DNA from: Callorhinchus milii
Lineage: Eukaryota
Length of the DNA: 64,000 nucleotides
NCBI RefSeq assembly: GCF_018977255.1
Contig: NW_024704742.1
Location: 59,026,001 to 59,090,000 of the forward strand
Direction: 5' to 3'
Below, in pieces: positions 36,821 to 50,035 of this stretch. The stretch's first letter is position 1. Every line of letters begins with the position of its first letter. The position numbers and the translations under genes were made by a program. The notes below the pieces were generated by a model. It saw only the letters and a list, made by a program, of their open reading frames with translations, made no database searches and was not told the DNA's origin.

Positions 36821-38324
36821 GTTCAAATGGAAGATTTAGATCCAGTTACTGTGAAGTTAAACATTTTCACAACGTTGAACTGATTGATGTGAAAAATTGT
36901 TTATTTTCAGAAGAAAAACAAGTTTTAAATCAGCAAAGGTTATTATAACGTAGGTAATTACAGATACATAATGTGTGAATCATTAATGGGACCTATTCTG
37001 TCTCATCAACATGATTAGGCAGCTATCAGATCTTTTGTTCACAGAAAAGCCTGTGAACTCTTCGAAACAGTAGGATACCTATTGATATAAACCACAGTGC
37101 TGGAAATTTTGGAAATCAAATTACCAGTTTCCTCACATGAATTTATTTGGACGTCATTTCTGCAAAAGGTCAGCAGTTTTGAAGAATTTTTTTCCCTTCA
37201 GAAACACGCAGCTTTAGTAGTGTTTAATAAACCAATTCTAGCATGGGGCAGAATGTTCCCTTGATTCATAATACATGAGGGGAAAATTCTGCACCTCAGC
37301 TCTGGTGCCATCCATTTTCTCGTTTGTAAACAAGAAAAATCAACACCAATACAGCCTGCAATCACTTAACTTACAGGAGCTGCGAGGATCTGGCCATTTT
37401 CACCACTGAATAGTTTAGCTTTGCACTTCCAATGAAAAAAACAGAACTCGAAGTCCACCTCTTTCAGTGGATATTTGAATTCCAAAAGGGAAGGAGGAAT
37501 CATTCATGTTAAATAAATCAATGCATGATATAAGACGGCTAAAATACGGTACTATTTTTTCACAATGTAATTCACAACAGTCAGGCTTGCACTTAAAAGC
37601 GTGCAGTGGGGTTGATTATACATATCAATGCTCATTAATAACAACAACTTGAATTTACATATTATGCAGGATAGTGTCTCGGAGCGCTGACACTAAATTG
37701 GTACTAAAACAATATACTGTAGATTTTGTGACATAATAATGCATTTTCATATTTATGCCCTCATTAACCCATGTAATTGTAAACAAAAGAAAAAAGTGAG
37801 CCCAAACCCTGTGTTTAAAAAATAAAGTTAGCTCTTCTTAAAATTCCCTGTTGGAATATTGCATAGACCACACCCCCCAAAAAAACCTTGGAATATATCG
37901 GACTGGAAAAGATGCTGCCTGTAATTTTTGTCTGTCAGAAAGTTTTCAAAATCATTCTACACTTAAATTCTCTCCCTCATCCCCTTGAATTGATTTATTT
38001 GCCAAATGACAATGTAACACTTCCCACTCCCCTTGAATGTGCTGGCATTACCCCATCTCCTCACCAGTTGATCTATTCCACATATTCACCACTATGTCCC
38101 TGTTTCCCCCCTGTTCTCCATCCTCCCCGACCCTGACCCCCACCTCGGGTCTGTAACTCTGTCTGTTCAGCGTCGGGACATCCTCCTGACGTGAAAGGCA
38201 CTTTACAATTGTAATGTTGTTGTTGTTGTTGTTGTTGTATCTGTGCAAAGTATTGCTAGGATAATTATTTTAAGGTTACAGTGAGGCCACCTGTATTACA
38301 CTATTCCCTGAATTACATGATTTT

Positions 38325-38800
38325 CCATAATTATAGAATCATAGAATTATACAGCACAGAAGGAGGCCATTCGGCCCATGGTGTCGGTGCCAACTCTTTG
38401 AAAAGAGCTATCCAAATCAATCCAACTCCCCCGCTCTCTCCCCATAGCCCTGCAAACTTGTTCTCCCCAAATAATTATTTATTTCTCTCTTAAAAGTTGT
38501 TACTGAATTGACTTCCATCACACTTTTAGGCAATGCATTCCAAATCCGAACAACTCGCTGTGTGAAAACATTTCTTCTCACCTCCCTTCTGTTTCTGTTA
38601 ATAACTATTGTAAATCGGTGTCCTCCAGTTATCAACCCACCCGCCAATGGAAATAGATTCTCCTTGTTCACCCTATCGAATACCCTCATAATTTTGAAAA
38701 CTTCTATTAAGTCTCTCCTTAACCTTCTCTGCTCCAAGGAGAATAATCCTAGCTTCTCTAGCCTCTACTCATAACTGAAGTCCCTCATTCCTGGTACCAT
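38325..38800 (-). mobile_element. CR1 LINE 3' end
   Basis: ORF 38417-38737 EQRRLRRDLIEVFKIM...FTQRVVRIWNALP; (ATTCTATG)-type tail. Confidence 0.95.
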
Positions 38801-38851
38801 AATATATCACATTTTTATAGAAATGCAGCACTACAGAGTTAATAAAATAAT

Positions 38852-39177
38852 ATAATAATAATAATAATAATAATCCTTGCATTTGATATAGCGCTTTTCA
38901 CGTCAGGAGGACGTCCCAAAGCGCTTCACAGAACACACTGTAAAGTGAATTGACTGTATATTTGTGGGCGAACGCGGCAGCCAATTGCGCACAGCAATGT
39001 CCCACAAACAGTCGTAGATTGAAAATGACCAATTTAATTATTGTTTTTAGTTTTGGAGGGATTATTATTAGGCGTGTGGAGTAAGGAAACTTGCCCAAGG
39101 TTTCGCCCTGCCTGGAATTGAACTCAGGTCTCTCGCTTACAAAGCGAGTGCTCTAACCACTGAGCTACAGGACTCCA
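38852..39177 (-). mobile_element. Young full-length tRNA SINE, short subfamily
   Basis: Near-identical to the other young copies. Confidence 0.95.
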
Positions 39178-39814
39178 CGAGCATATGAATACAGTATGGC
39201 TCTACTTATTCCATTCTGTAAAAGAAGTAAAAGTATTGCACTACTAAAAGCAAATTCAGTTGAAATATTTTTATTATTCTTAGTAAATGACTGAAGGAAG
39301 ATTCATACATCTGATTTGTGAGTTTTCCCTGGAGGACTCCCTTAATCGGTGGGGGCTGCACATAAAGAGTGTGATTTGCCTGCTGGTTGGGAAGAAGGGA
39401 GATTCTGTGTCAGAGGCATCCGTTTCCCTTGAATCAGTGGGTGGGAAGGTCCCTATGTCTACGCTCCTCCCTTTCAATTATGAACCATTGTGTTTCAATG
39501 CTTTTTTGAGCTGGACTTCAAAGCCAGAGCTGGCGTCCAAATCCTGTTGCAAACCCCAAGCGTCAGCTTGAAGATTCTAACTGTGCCATTCTGCAGCAGT
39601 TCATTAAGTCCTTTATACTTCAGAGTTAATATGCACCTCCCATTTCCAATCTTGAAATGGTTCCCAAATCTTTTAAAATGATGTCCATGCAGTACTACTA
39701 ATCTTGCGCTTTCTGCTTCAAAGCAACAGTTTTGATTTACAACCCGAGCTGAATGGCCATTGGCAGACTGACTCAGTGATTGACAGAGTTTTCAAATTAA
39801 TTAGCCTACAATAC

Positions 39815-40290
39815 AATGCAATACCAAATTACATTTGTATAGCGCCTTTCAGGTTGGGAGGACTTTCAAGGCATTGGACAGTCAGGGACATGGACCTGAG
39901 TTTGGGGTCAGGATCGGTGGGGGGAGGAGGGCAGGGAGGGTAGGAGGGTGGCTGAAGCCACAGTTGAAAAGGAGGGTTTTGAGATACGCTTTGAAGGAGG
40001 CAAGAGAGGGAGTGAAGCGAAAAGAATGTGGGATGGATTTTCATAGGGTGGGGGCAAAAAGGCTGAAGGTCTGGCCACCAATAGTAGGACGGGTGGGGGG
40101 GATATGTGGAGTAGACCAAAGCCGGCTGAGCGGAGAGATCGGACAGGTTGATATGGGGTCAGCAGATCGCAGGGAGTTAATTTAGTCGAGTCTAGATGTG
40201 ATATATGCGTGGTTGAGGGTTTTGGAGGCCTGAGGGGTGAGGCAGTGGCAAAGCTGGGCTATGTTGCAGAGAAGGGGGAAAGCAGTTTAA
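39815..40290 (-). mobile_element. L2 3' fragment with internal deletion
   Basis: Antisense L2 3' UTR and ORF2 motifs. Confidence 0.85.
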
Positions 40291-40499
40291 ATAAACAGTT
40301 TAAATTATATTTTATGTTGTATTCATTAGAATCAAAAAGATGCTAGTAAAATATAACTTTAAAAAAAGTATTCACCTTAAGACATTGAGAGATAAAAGCT
40401 TCCTGCTGGCCTAAAGATATTTCAAGATGTCTACATGTAAAAGAATCCTAAAAATCTTAACAAAGTTCCCCTGTGTTGTGGTGAGAGCCCAAAAGATAC

Positions 40500-40720
40500 A
40501 ACCAGTCAGTCCATTGGAGTTGGAGAGGATTAGCCTTGGTTCCTTCTAATCGCTCTCCAAGTTTATTCTTGCTGAGAAAAGTGTATATGCATGATGGGTG
40601 AGGATTACATCAGATTTGAATGTGATACGTGTGTGGACAATGGGAGACATTGGACAGGCCAGCAGATTGTACAACAGAAGCTCACACACTGTTCTTACTG
40701 ATTTTACTTCATACATGGGA
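40500..40720 (+). mobile_element. LF-SINE-like ancient SINE fragment
   Basis: 'ttagccttggttcc...atcgctctcca...gggtgaggattacatcag...tgtgat' resembles the LF-SINE body as I recall it. Confidence 0.5.
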
Positions 40721-40728
40721 TTTGATGG

Positions 40729-41032
40729 GTGGAGTCCTGTAGCTCAGTAGTTAGAGCACTCGCTTTGCAAGCGAGACACCTGGGTTCAATTCCAGGCAGG
40801 GTGAAACCTTGGGCAAGTTTCCTTACTCCACACACCTAATAATAATCCCTCCAAAAACAAAAACAATAATTAAATTGGTCATTTTCAATCTACGACTGTT
40901 TGTGGGACATTGCTGTGCGCAATTGGCTGCCGCGTTCGCCCACAAATATACAGTCAATTCACTCTACAGTGTGTTCTGTGAAGCGCTTTGGGACGTCCTC
41001 CCGACATGAAAAGCGCTATATCAAATGCAAGG

Positions 41033-41067
<35 letters not shown>
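40729..41067 (+). mobile_element. Young full-length tRNA SINE, short subfamily
   Basis: Intact head; long (ATT)n tail. Confidence 0.95.
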
Positions 41068-41068
<1 letters not shown>

Positions 41069-41792
41069 TTGAGCGTGGATGATACCGCAAAGGCTAATTG
41101 CAACAACATATTTATAGGGTTGACCAAAAGGTGATACCCTTACTATTTCTAATAAGTCTGAAAGAAATGATTTTTTTTAGATAATAGGCTAGCTATCACA
41201 ATGTTTCGGTCACCCTATATTACTCTGCTAAGTTTCTTGCAGCATCAACTTCACCCAAAATATTTTTTTGCTAACTTTTTGATGACATATTTTGTGAAGT
41301 TGCAAGTCTAAAGTTGGAAGACACCTGGGGATTTGTCCTCATAGAGGACACACTGCAATAAAATAAAATATTTTTAAAACATATACCAAAGAATCCCTAA
41401 GGTATAATGTTCTCTTTCTGTCCAAGTGCAGGAATGTATTGCCCCAGAAGTGAGATGTGCTACCATATAGGCAGCATCGATTGAGATGTTCAAAAGAGAT
41501 AAAAAGACACAGCTAGAAAGAGAAAGTTATAGCAAGAGAAACAGAGGGATAAAGAAACAGACGGAGAGACAGATGGATAGAGGGACATGGTGGAGTGATG
41601 GCAACCCACTTATAATGTGCAGAAGAGCCATAAGCTCAAATCTTGTGAAAAAAATGACATCAATAGGTGCTCCCTGATCATAGCATGTATGCACAGCATG
41701 CAGGAGAGATGTCAGTGATGACCTGATGATCTGGAAGTTGCTCAATTTTTAAGTGCTAGAAAACCAGTTATATCGTGCTTCTTGATCTCGTT

Positions 41793-42163
41793 ATAATAAT
41801 AATCCTTGCAATTGATATGGGGTCTTATCACATCTTCGAGACGTCTCAAAGTGCTTCACAGAATATATTGTAAAGTGAATTGACTATATATTTTGTGGGT
41901 GAAACGCGGCAGCCAATTGCGCACAGCAGTGTCCCACAAATAGTCGTGGATTGAGCGACCAATTTATTATTATGTTTTTTTGGAAGGAATTATTACCCCT
42001 GGAAAAGCGATACCCCAATTGACTAACGACCCAGTTACTTCTTGCTACTAGATAAACAGAGGCATGTGGAGTAAGGAAACTTGCCCAACGTTTCACAATG
42101 CCGGAAATCAAACCTAGGTCACTCACTTGCGAGGCGAGTGCTCTAACCACTGAGCTACAAGAC
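41793..42163 (-). mobile_element. Full-length tRNA SINE, long subfamily
   Basis: Tail, long body, head with CGC anticodon. Confidence 0.92.
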
Positions 42164-42209
42164 TATATTATAAGCAAATCCGTGCTCAGCAAGGGCACCA
42201 TGGAATGAC

Positions 42210-42690
42210 ACTTGGGAAGGATATTAAGGGGTATGGAGAAAAGGTGTAAAAATGGGATTAAAAGATCTGCAACAATTGAATAAATTGGTGGAACAGGCTA
42301 GATGAAAGATCCTACTGGACCTAATACATGCAATGTTTTCAATTTAGAATGCATCAGAGGGGACCTTACGGGGGTGTTTAAAGTGTTAAATGGAATCGGA
42401 AAAAGTAAACCCAGAACAGTACTTTAGGATGCACCAAGACAGTTGAACAAGATGACATAGGTTTAGAATCGCAAAGGGCAATTTCAGGACAGACATCAGG
42501 AAGTTTGTCTTGATTCAGAGGAAAATTAATGACTGGAACAGGTTGCCAGGAAGGTTAGTTCAGGCCAGATTATTGGGCTCATTTAAAATACAGCTTGATT
42601 TTGTAATGGGAAGACGGCAGGATAAAATCAAATGGGCAGAAGAGCCTTCTTCATCTGACCGAATCTTCTGATTTTATGATTTGTAACTTT
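42210..42690 (+). mobile_element. Old CR1-type fragments
   Basis: 'agagggaccttacgggggtgtttaaa', 'gacatcaggaagtttgtc...tggaacaggttgcca'. Confidence 0.65.
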
Positions 42691-42974
42691 TCTATCATGC
42701 TAACCTAAATTTTTCTCTCCTCTGCAGCAGCATATATGAAAGATAACTTTGATATTTGTTATTTTGCATCAATTCACATAGAATTGCTTTTTTTCCTGCG
42801 GTATATGGCTGCAACAGAATTGATGGAAATGTGACAAAAAGAAGATGTTTGGAAATGACTGTGGGTGACATTCCCCTCCCTCCCATTCATATTCAATGAC
42901 ATAAATATCTTCTCACACAATTGAAGAATGGTTTCCAGTAAAATAAATTAAAACATGACATTTTTAAGAACAGC

Positions 42975-43688
42975 AAATGAACAGGGAGACCTGGGGGTCC
43001 ACATAAGCAAATCTCTGAAGGCGGCCGGACAGGTAGAAAAAGCTGTTAAAAAAACATACGTTCTATAAATATGGGCATAGAATTCAAAAGTCAGAGGTTA
43101 TGTTGAATATTTATAAAATGCCGGTTAGATCTCAGTTGGAGGACTGCGTTCAGTTCTGGGCACTGCACTTTAGGAAAGATGTTAGGGCATTGGAGAGGGT
43201 GCAAAGGAGGTTTACCAGAATGGTACCAAGAATGAAGGACCTTAGTTATTAGGAGAGTAGCAAAACTAGGATTATTCTCCCTAGAGCAGAGAAGATTACA
43301 AGGGAATTTAATAGAGGTTTTCAAGATCATGAGAGGATTTGATAGGTTGAACCATGAAAAACTGTTTCCACTGGAATGTGGGTCAGCAACCTGAGGACAC
43401 CAATTCAAGTTAGTTGTTAAAAGAAACAGAGGGGAGGTTAGGAAATTTTTTTTCACCCAGCGAGTTGTTCGGATCTGGAATGCATTACCTGAACGGGTAG
43501 TGGAAGCCAATTCAATAACAACTTTTAAGAGAGAAGCAGATGGGTATTTGGGGAGGACAAGATTGCAGGGCTATGGAGAGAAAGCGATCCAGTGAGATTG
43601 AGTTGGATTGCTCTATTCTGAGCTGGCACAGACACGATGGGCTGAATGGCCTCTTTCTGTGCTGTATGATTCTATGAGTCTATGATTC
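42975..43688 (+). mobile_element. CR1 LINE ORF2 3' region and tail (pseudogenised)
   Basis: Translates to CVQFWA.HFRKDV.ALERVQRRFTRM...LIEVFKIM...FFTQRVVRIWNALP; 'tatgattctatgagtctatgattc' tail. Confidence 0.95.
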
Positions 43689-43999
43689 AAGGATTATTTG
43701 TTTTTTACCTGAATTAATAAAATGTTGGAATATGCACTTGCAATACTTAATTTCACATGCAGTGAAATGAAATGACAAAACTTTCACAAGATTTTCTTGC
43801 TATCATGTTCAAAGTACAAATGAAAAATGGGCCATGTATCCCATCGGCAAGGAAGGAGGTAACTAGCGGATGCCTCAGGGATACATGCTGGAGTTGATGC
43901 TATTCACACTGTGCAGCACATAAAGTGGATACAGAAATCAATCTAAAATTGTTAATGATAAACTGGGGCGAGTTGCAAATAACAAGGAGAGGTGCCTAT

Positions 44000-44670
44000 T
44001 TATGTTGGGAGGCTGTCTCAAAGTGCTTCATAGGATTTCTTGTAAAGTGTAGGGACTGTGTACTTTGCAAGTAAATGTGGTAGCCAATCTGTGGCCTGCA
44101 CAAACAGCCATGAATATGAATGGCCAATTTTATAATGATATATATATATTATCTTTCATTTGATATAGCACCTCATTATGTAATTGAGATGTCTCAAAGC
44201 ACTTCAAAGATTATACTGTAAATTTTCACACAGCAATGTCCTACAAACAGCCATGGAGACCAATTTTATTTGGGGGATTTTGGCTGGGATACCGAGAGAG
44301 AGAAACTCCCTTCTCTTTTCGAATAGTGCCATGGGATCTTTAACAGTACCTTCGATTAATGTCTCGAAGAACGGCACCTCTGACAATGCAATACCCCCAC
44401 AGCACTGTACTGCACTGAAGAGTCATCTTAGGCTACGTGACGAGGTGCTATATCAAATGCAAAATAATATATATATATAAAATTGGCTATTCATATTCAT
44501 AGCTGTTTGTGTAATATTGCTGTGCACAAATAGGGGCAAGGACTGCCCCAGGCATTGTATATGGGGCATTGTTTGCAGGACAGCAGGAGGAAACTCCCTT
44601 CTTTTTTTGAATCATGCCATGGGATATTTAACGTCCTCCTGAACATGCAGACTAGACCTCGGGTTAAACA
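44000..44670. mobile_element. Nested Deu SINE cluster with an inverted duplication
   Basis: Minus-strand SINE pieces at 44000-44135, 44145-44420 and 44560-44670; plus-strand piece at 44424-44530. Confidence 0.75.
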
Positions 44671-46489
44671 CAGAGGGATCTGGATAGATTATGGAGTTGG
44701 GCTGACAAGCTGCTTTCCTGCTAAACAGTTCAAATGCCTGGCTCGGTTTGGCTCTGAAACAATCATTGTAACAGGCTGGGTGGGTGGGGTGGTGGGGGAG
44801 GTCACATCAGTTGATCAATCGAGGCATTGACTGATCACATTGTTTATCAATGTATTATTCATCAATGGTAACTAACATGTCACAGATTCAAATTTTCCAA
44901 AGAGTAAGTATGAGAATAGAACCATAGAAATTTAGGGCAAGGAAGGCAGTCATTTGGCCCCTAAAGTCTGTGCTGACTCTCTCAAGAGCAATGGTTTCAG
45001 TTCCATTTACCTGTCGTTTCCCCATACCACTGCAGAAAATTTTTAAAATGCTGTTTCATCAACAAATATGCAGATACATTAAGACATTCTCACTGTTACA
45101 CGTGCTGTATCAAATACTGAGATGAAGATTATTATTATTGTTGTTGATAATATGAGAGAAAATGAAGGCATACAAAATATGATTTTGGATGAAAAGGGAA
45201 CTTACATCGTCCCTGAAAATGCAACTTTCTATTTAAAAATTCTAGGATTACTGAGAGTCTTAAGCAGAAAACAATAACAAAAATAAGATAGAACAAGTTT
45301 AAGATTGGGGTTAAATTGCTCTGTAAACTATAATCTTGTGGTATTAATCACTTGTATATGTATTGCAAGCAAGTTTCCAATAACAGATTGGAAACTCTGA
45401 GGACAGGAGAGAAGAAAAAGTGGAATTGATAATTAAGGAATTGCATTTTTAATGTGTTCTGGAAGATGACAATTGTACCTCATGTGAACTGAAAGCAAAG
45501 TTATTCCAAGTACTGTGTTCTCAGTTTGCTGACAAAAGAGAATACAATGTAGATAAATTTGTACCTGGCAGTCACCAAGTGTGCTATGTGGATGGTGCAA
45601 TTTTCAGTTTTATGTACAACATGCAGTATTATCAGTACTGCATGATAGTTCTGATAGAGGATCACATCCAAAAAGGTTAACTGATTTCTCTTCCAGATGC
45701 CGTTTAATCTGCTGTGCAATTGCAGTGTTTTCTGTTTTTATTTCAGATTTCCAGCATTGCAATTTATCTTGTTATCTCCACAGCACTTTCCACTGTCACA
45801 AAGTACATGCTGAAACATTCCATTACTTTTGCCTGTAAGGCAATGATTGTGTTTAACACTGTACAGCAGCTATACCTCTGTGATGTACTGCAGCTTAATT
45901 ATAACACAATTAGTGTAATTATTTTGTATGGCGTAAATATGCGAAATCACATCAATAATCTGCCTGAGCACCTTAAGTGAATGGAGCTATTGAACTGCAT
46001 TGGAGTGTCAGCCAAGACTGTGAGCTTAACGTCCTGGCCTAGGGCTTGAACCCGCAATCTTCTGACTCGACGATGAGAGTACCAACTACCAACTCAGCTA
46101 GGCTGAAAATTGGCTGAAAGTTATCAAAATACAGTGTTAATTCAAAAGAGTTTTGTACCATGTTTTAATATTTTAATCTTCTGTAAACATTCCATCTTAT
46201 TCTGCTGGCAGTGAGAGTCCAACAATTACTTGTGGTACATAAATTGTTTTCGGTTGATGGAGAATCTGATATGGCTCTTTAAAGGGAATATGGCAAATAT
46301 TTTGAAAAAGAAAAAAATAACATCTGGGAAAGGGTTTTGGGAGCGGTACTGAACAGAGAGCTCTTTCAGAGTTCCTGTGTAGATGAGCCAAATGGCTTCC
46401 TTCTGTGCTGTAAAACTTCGATGAATTTTAATATATTCTATGATCCACAAAGATGTCAGGTCAGGTCTCGTACTCCTGCTGGGACTCAC

Positions 46490-46690
46490 TCCAGGGTTCA
46501 ATCCTGACTTGTGCTGAGTTAGCTAGGACAGCAATTGGGATGCTCCATTTAAGCTAGGAAAGGCAGAATAAATATCAGTCAAAGTTACTACTTGATCACC
46601 ATCCACTGACATTTACTGACAAGTGCAGATGTGTGAACCTCAACTGAAGGATACCCTGAAGGGTTAAGTCACCTGTTGACACTGGTAACA
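46490..46690 (+). mobile_element. LF-SINE-like fragment
   Basis: 'gggttcaatcctgacttgtgctgagttagct...atcagtcaaagtt...gatcaccatccactgac'. Confidence 0.55.
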
Positions 46691-46914
46691 TGAACGTAAC
46701 AGTAGTTATAGGAATTAGCCTAGTTAAGTTGATATAACTCTTGACTTTGAGTTAGAAGGTTATTGATTCAAGCCCCACTTTGGGACTTTGAGTTTATAGT
46801 CTAGGCTGACACTTTAATACACTGCTGGAGTGCTGCATTGTCATAGGAGGGGTCCTTTGAATAAAATGTTAAACCAAGGTCCCACCTGTCTTGGCCAACA
46901 ATCCTCCAGGTAAA

Positions 46915-47061
46915 AACCAAAATACTGCAGAAGTTGGAAATCTGAAATAAAAACAGAAGTCACTGGGAACACTCAGCAGGTCATATGTCAAACATTAACT
47001 CACTTTCCTATCTCCATAGATGCTGCCTGACCTAATGAGTGTTCCTAGTAACTTCTGTTTT
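46915..47061. mobile_element. Penelope-like fold-back element nested in a Deu SINE (~46715-47200)
   Basis: Inverted arms 'aaaacagaagtcactgggaacactca' / 'tgagtgttcctagtaacttctgtttt'; flanks caatcct(c/t)cag(g/a)taaaa duplicated. Confidence 0.8.
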
Positions 47062-47509
47062 CAATCCTTCAGATAAAACTGGTCATTCATTTTCTTGCAT
47101 CGTTGTACACAAATTAGCTGCTGTATTTGCCTACAAAGCAAATAGTCACCAAATTTCACAGTAAAAAAATTGTTAGTTTTTGAGACATGAGATTATTACT
47201 TTGTGAAAGATTTAAATCGCAATTAACTTTTATTTGTAGATATTGGTGATACAGTCATGCCTTTGTGCATACATCTCTATTTACAAACATCTGGTAAAAT
47301 TATATGCCCATCATTTTTATCAATGACAAATGCTTCTTCAAATATTTTCTCTTAATCTCATTTAGACTAAATTGCTGAATAATGATTCCATTGAAGATGT
47401 TTTGCAAAGCCTTGTAAATGCGCAATATTTATCCACAGATGGTAGAAATCCTGAGCCAAGCAGAATGCTTGTTGGCAAAGCAAATACAATTTCTCAGGAG
47501 TGAACAGTA

Positions 47510-47725
47510 AAAATAATAATATTCCTTGCATTTAATATAGCGCTTTATCACATCGTCGAGATGTCTCAAAGTGATTCACAGGCTATAGTGCAAAGTGGAT
47601 TGATTGTGTATTTTGTGGGTGAAACGTGGTAGCTAATATGCACGTAGCAATGTCCCACAGACAGCCACAGAGTGAGTGACTGATTTTATTTGAGGAATTT
47701 GTTGGCCAGGACATCAGGAGAAACT
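47510..47725 (-). mobile_element. SINE 3' half
   Basis: 'ccttgcatttaatatagcgc' tail and 'gcaatgtcccacagacagcc'. Confidence 0.8.
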
Positions 47726-47893
47726 ATACAATAAGATATCCACCTAAGACTTGACCATGCTAGGATAAAAATGTTGTTTTGTTTCATTCAAACCTTTTGG
47801 ATGGCACTGTTCTCGCTCTGCAATTTGCCTCAATCTTCATCCAGGAGCAATGGACATTAATGTCGACTTCTCCAATGCATTGCCAATGTATCC

Positions 47894-48210
47894 ATGGAGT
47901 CCTGTAGCTCAGTGGTTAGAGCACTCGCTTTGCAAGCGAGAGACCTGAGTTCAATTCCAGGCAGAGGGCGAGTTTCCTTACTCCACACACAGTCTAATAA
48001 TAATCCCTCCAAAACAAAAAACAATAATAAATTGGTCATTTTCAATCTACGACTGTTTGTGGGACATTGCTGTGCGCAATTGGCTGCCGCGTTCGCCCAA
48101 AAATATACAGTCAATTCACTTTACAGTGTGTTCTGTGAAGCGCTTTGGGACGTCCTCCTGACGTGAAAAGCGCAATATCAAATGCAAGGATTATTATTAT
48201 TATTATATTA
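47894..48210 (+). mobile_element. Young tRNA SINE, short subfamily
   Basis: Intact head; small deletion after the B box. Confidence 0.95.
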
Positions 48211-49274
48211 TCCAAAAGAGCATTGATTCATTGTAGGTTAATGTATGCTTTGAATATTTAATATTATATTGATGTTTCAATGATTAGCTATAAAGACAGG
48301 ACACCTCAGTGCTTATGAATGAAGCATTTACATTTTTATTTTCCAATCTCAGGATCAGGCATTCCAGATACAAAGCTCTCTAAACAAAGGAACAATCAGA
48401 CTTGGGAACAGAATATTCTGGGGTGAAATCCCAGTGGATTCACTTAACTGTTGTCACTTTCTGGGTTTATAAAATACAATGCTTTAACAAACATTCTTGG
48501 AGAGTGGGCTTTCTAAAATCTACAAGGCAATTTATTGTTGATAGTCGACTACCTTGTCTGATGAAACTTGAAGGTAAAGTTCAAATGAGTGAGGCAACAA
48601 TTGCTGTCTAATCCCTTCTTGAATCTGCCTCTACTCTTTCCGTGTTCACTTATACAGGAATTGGTTTGACTCTGTCACCTCTAAATCAGAGCTTGTGAGT
48701 TCAAGACACACATCAGGTCTTTGAGCTCATCATCTAGAATGACAATCAACTGGGTTCTGAAGCAAAACTACATTATTGGAGTTACTATCCTTAGGATAAG
48801 ACATTAAACTAAAATATTTTTTCCAGGTACACTTTTAAAAATCCAATGTACCATAGATAAAAGGCTGGTTTTCCCTGTATTGTGGCCAACAATCCTTCAG
48901 ATCAATTGATCATTTGTTCATGGCTCTTTGTGGGACCTTGCTGTCATTTTAGCCACATAAATAATAATAATAAAAGCAAGGATTATTATTATCATTAGTA
49001 TTAATTATGTGGTAAATTGGCTGCCATGATTGCTTACAAATTGCCTGAGATTACCTATGAAGAGCTTTGAAATGTTATTATTCACTGTATAAAATAATCT
49101 AATCTAAACTGTTTGTTCACGTTTCCACTTCAAATCTTGAGTCATGCATTCCGTTGTTCTAGATTTATTGACCTTGTTAAACATATTGGAGATGAAAAAT
49201 CACTTGAACACAATAACAGAGCTCAAAGACCTTCTCCTACATGAAGAGCCCTATATAATTGCAATTTGTTATTG

Positions 49275-49715
49275 TGTGTCAGCCTGGCTCGATTGGTAGC
49301 TCTTTTGTCTCTGAGTCAGAGGCTGTGGGTTCAAGATCCATTTTGGGTCTTGGAACTCATATTGTCTAAGATGAGACTGTGATGCAATGCTGAGGGAGCT
49401 GCATTGTTGAAGGTGCCATCCTTCGGATGAGACATGAAATTGAAGCTCAATCTGCCTGTTCATGTGGATGGTAAAGATCCTTTAGCGCTACTCAAAATGA
49501 AAAGAAAATTTCACCGAGTGCCTTGGCCAACAATCTCCCAAATAAAATTGGTCAATCACTTCATGACCGTTTGTGGGACACTGCTATGTGCAAATTGGCT
49601 GTTGCATTCACCCACAAAACAAGGTCACTACTTTACAGTAAATCCTGTGAAGTGCTTTGGGACAATCTCCCAAAATGAAAGGCACTATACCAAATGTAGG
49701 GATTATTATTATTGT
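49275..49715 (+). mobile_element. Full-length Deu-domain tRNA SINE
   Basis: tRNA head, Deu core 'gctgcattgttgaaggtgccatccttcggatgagac', L2-like tail. Confidence 0.85.
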
Positions 49716-50035
49716 TATTTTGTAATTGCCTGAAAATTTGCCTCACTTTTGCATATATGGAGTTTTCTGAATGAAATCTAACTCAGGAGTTCTTGGGTCT
49801 GACCCAGAATCTCCTCAGAATCGAGACTGCCCTGCAGAAAACAGAGTTCCATTGTCTGGTATTTTTCCCAGTATTAGGATTCAGTTTATTTATATCCTTT
49901 CAGATGTTGAATAATTTGATACAGTATCCCGTGACTCTCCTTCAATTGTATCAGAAATAGATTTTGCACTATTTTTGCGAACTGCTCTATTTCAGCTTAG
50001 CCCTTAGGTCATTGAGGCACTGGGTCAGAAAAGGT

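Noticed and set aside
39287..39571. 94-aa ORF in a repeat-free block
   Set aside because: No motif or splice support; more likely non-coding unique sequence
45372..45396. Perfect 10-bp hairpin AGTTTCCAAT/ATTGGAAACT
   Set aside because: Isolated; about one such hairpin is plausible by chance in 64 kb of AT-rich DNA
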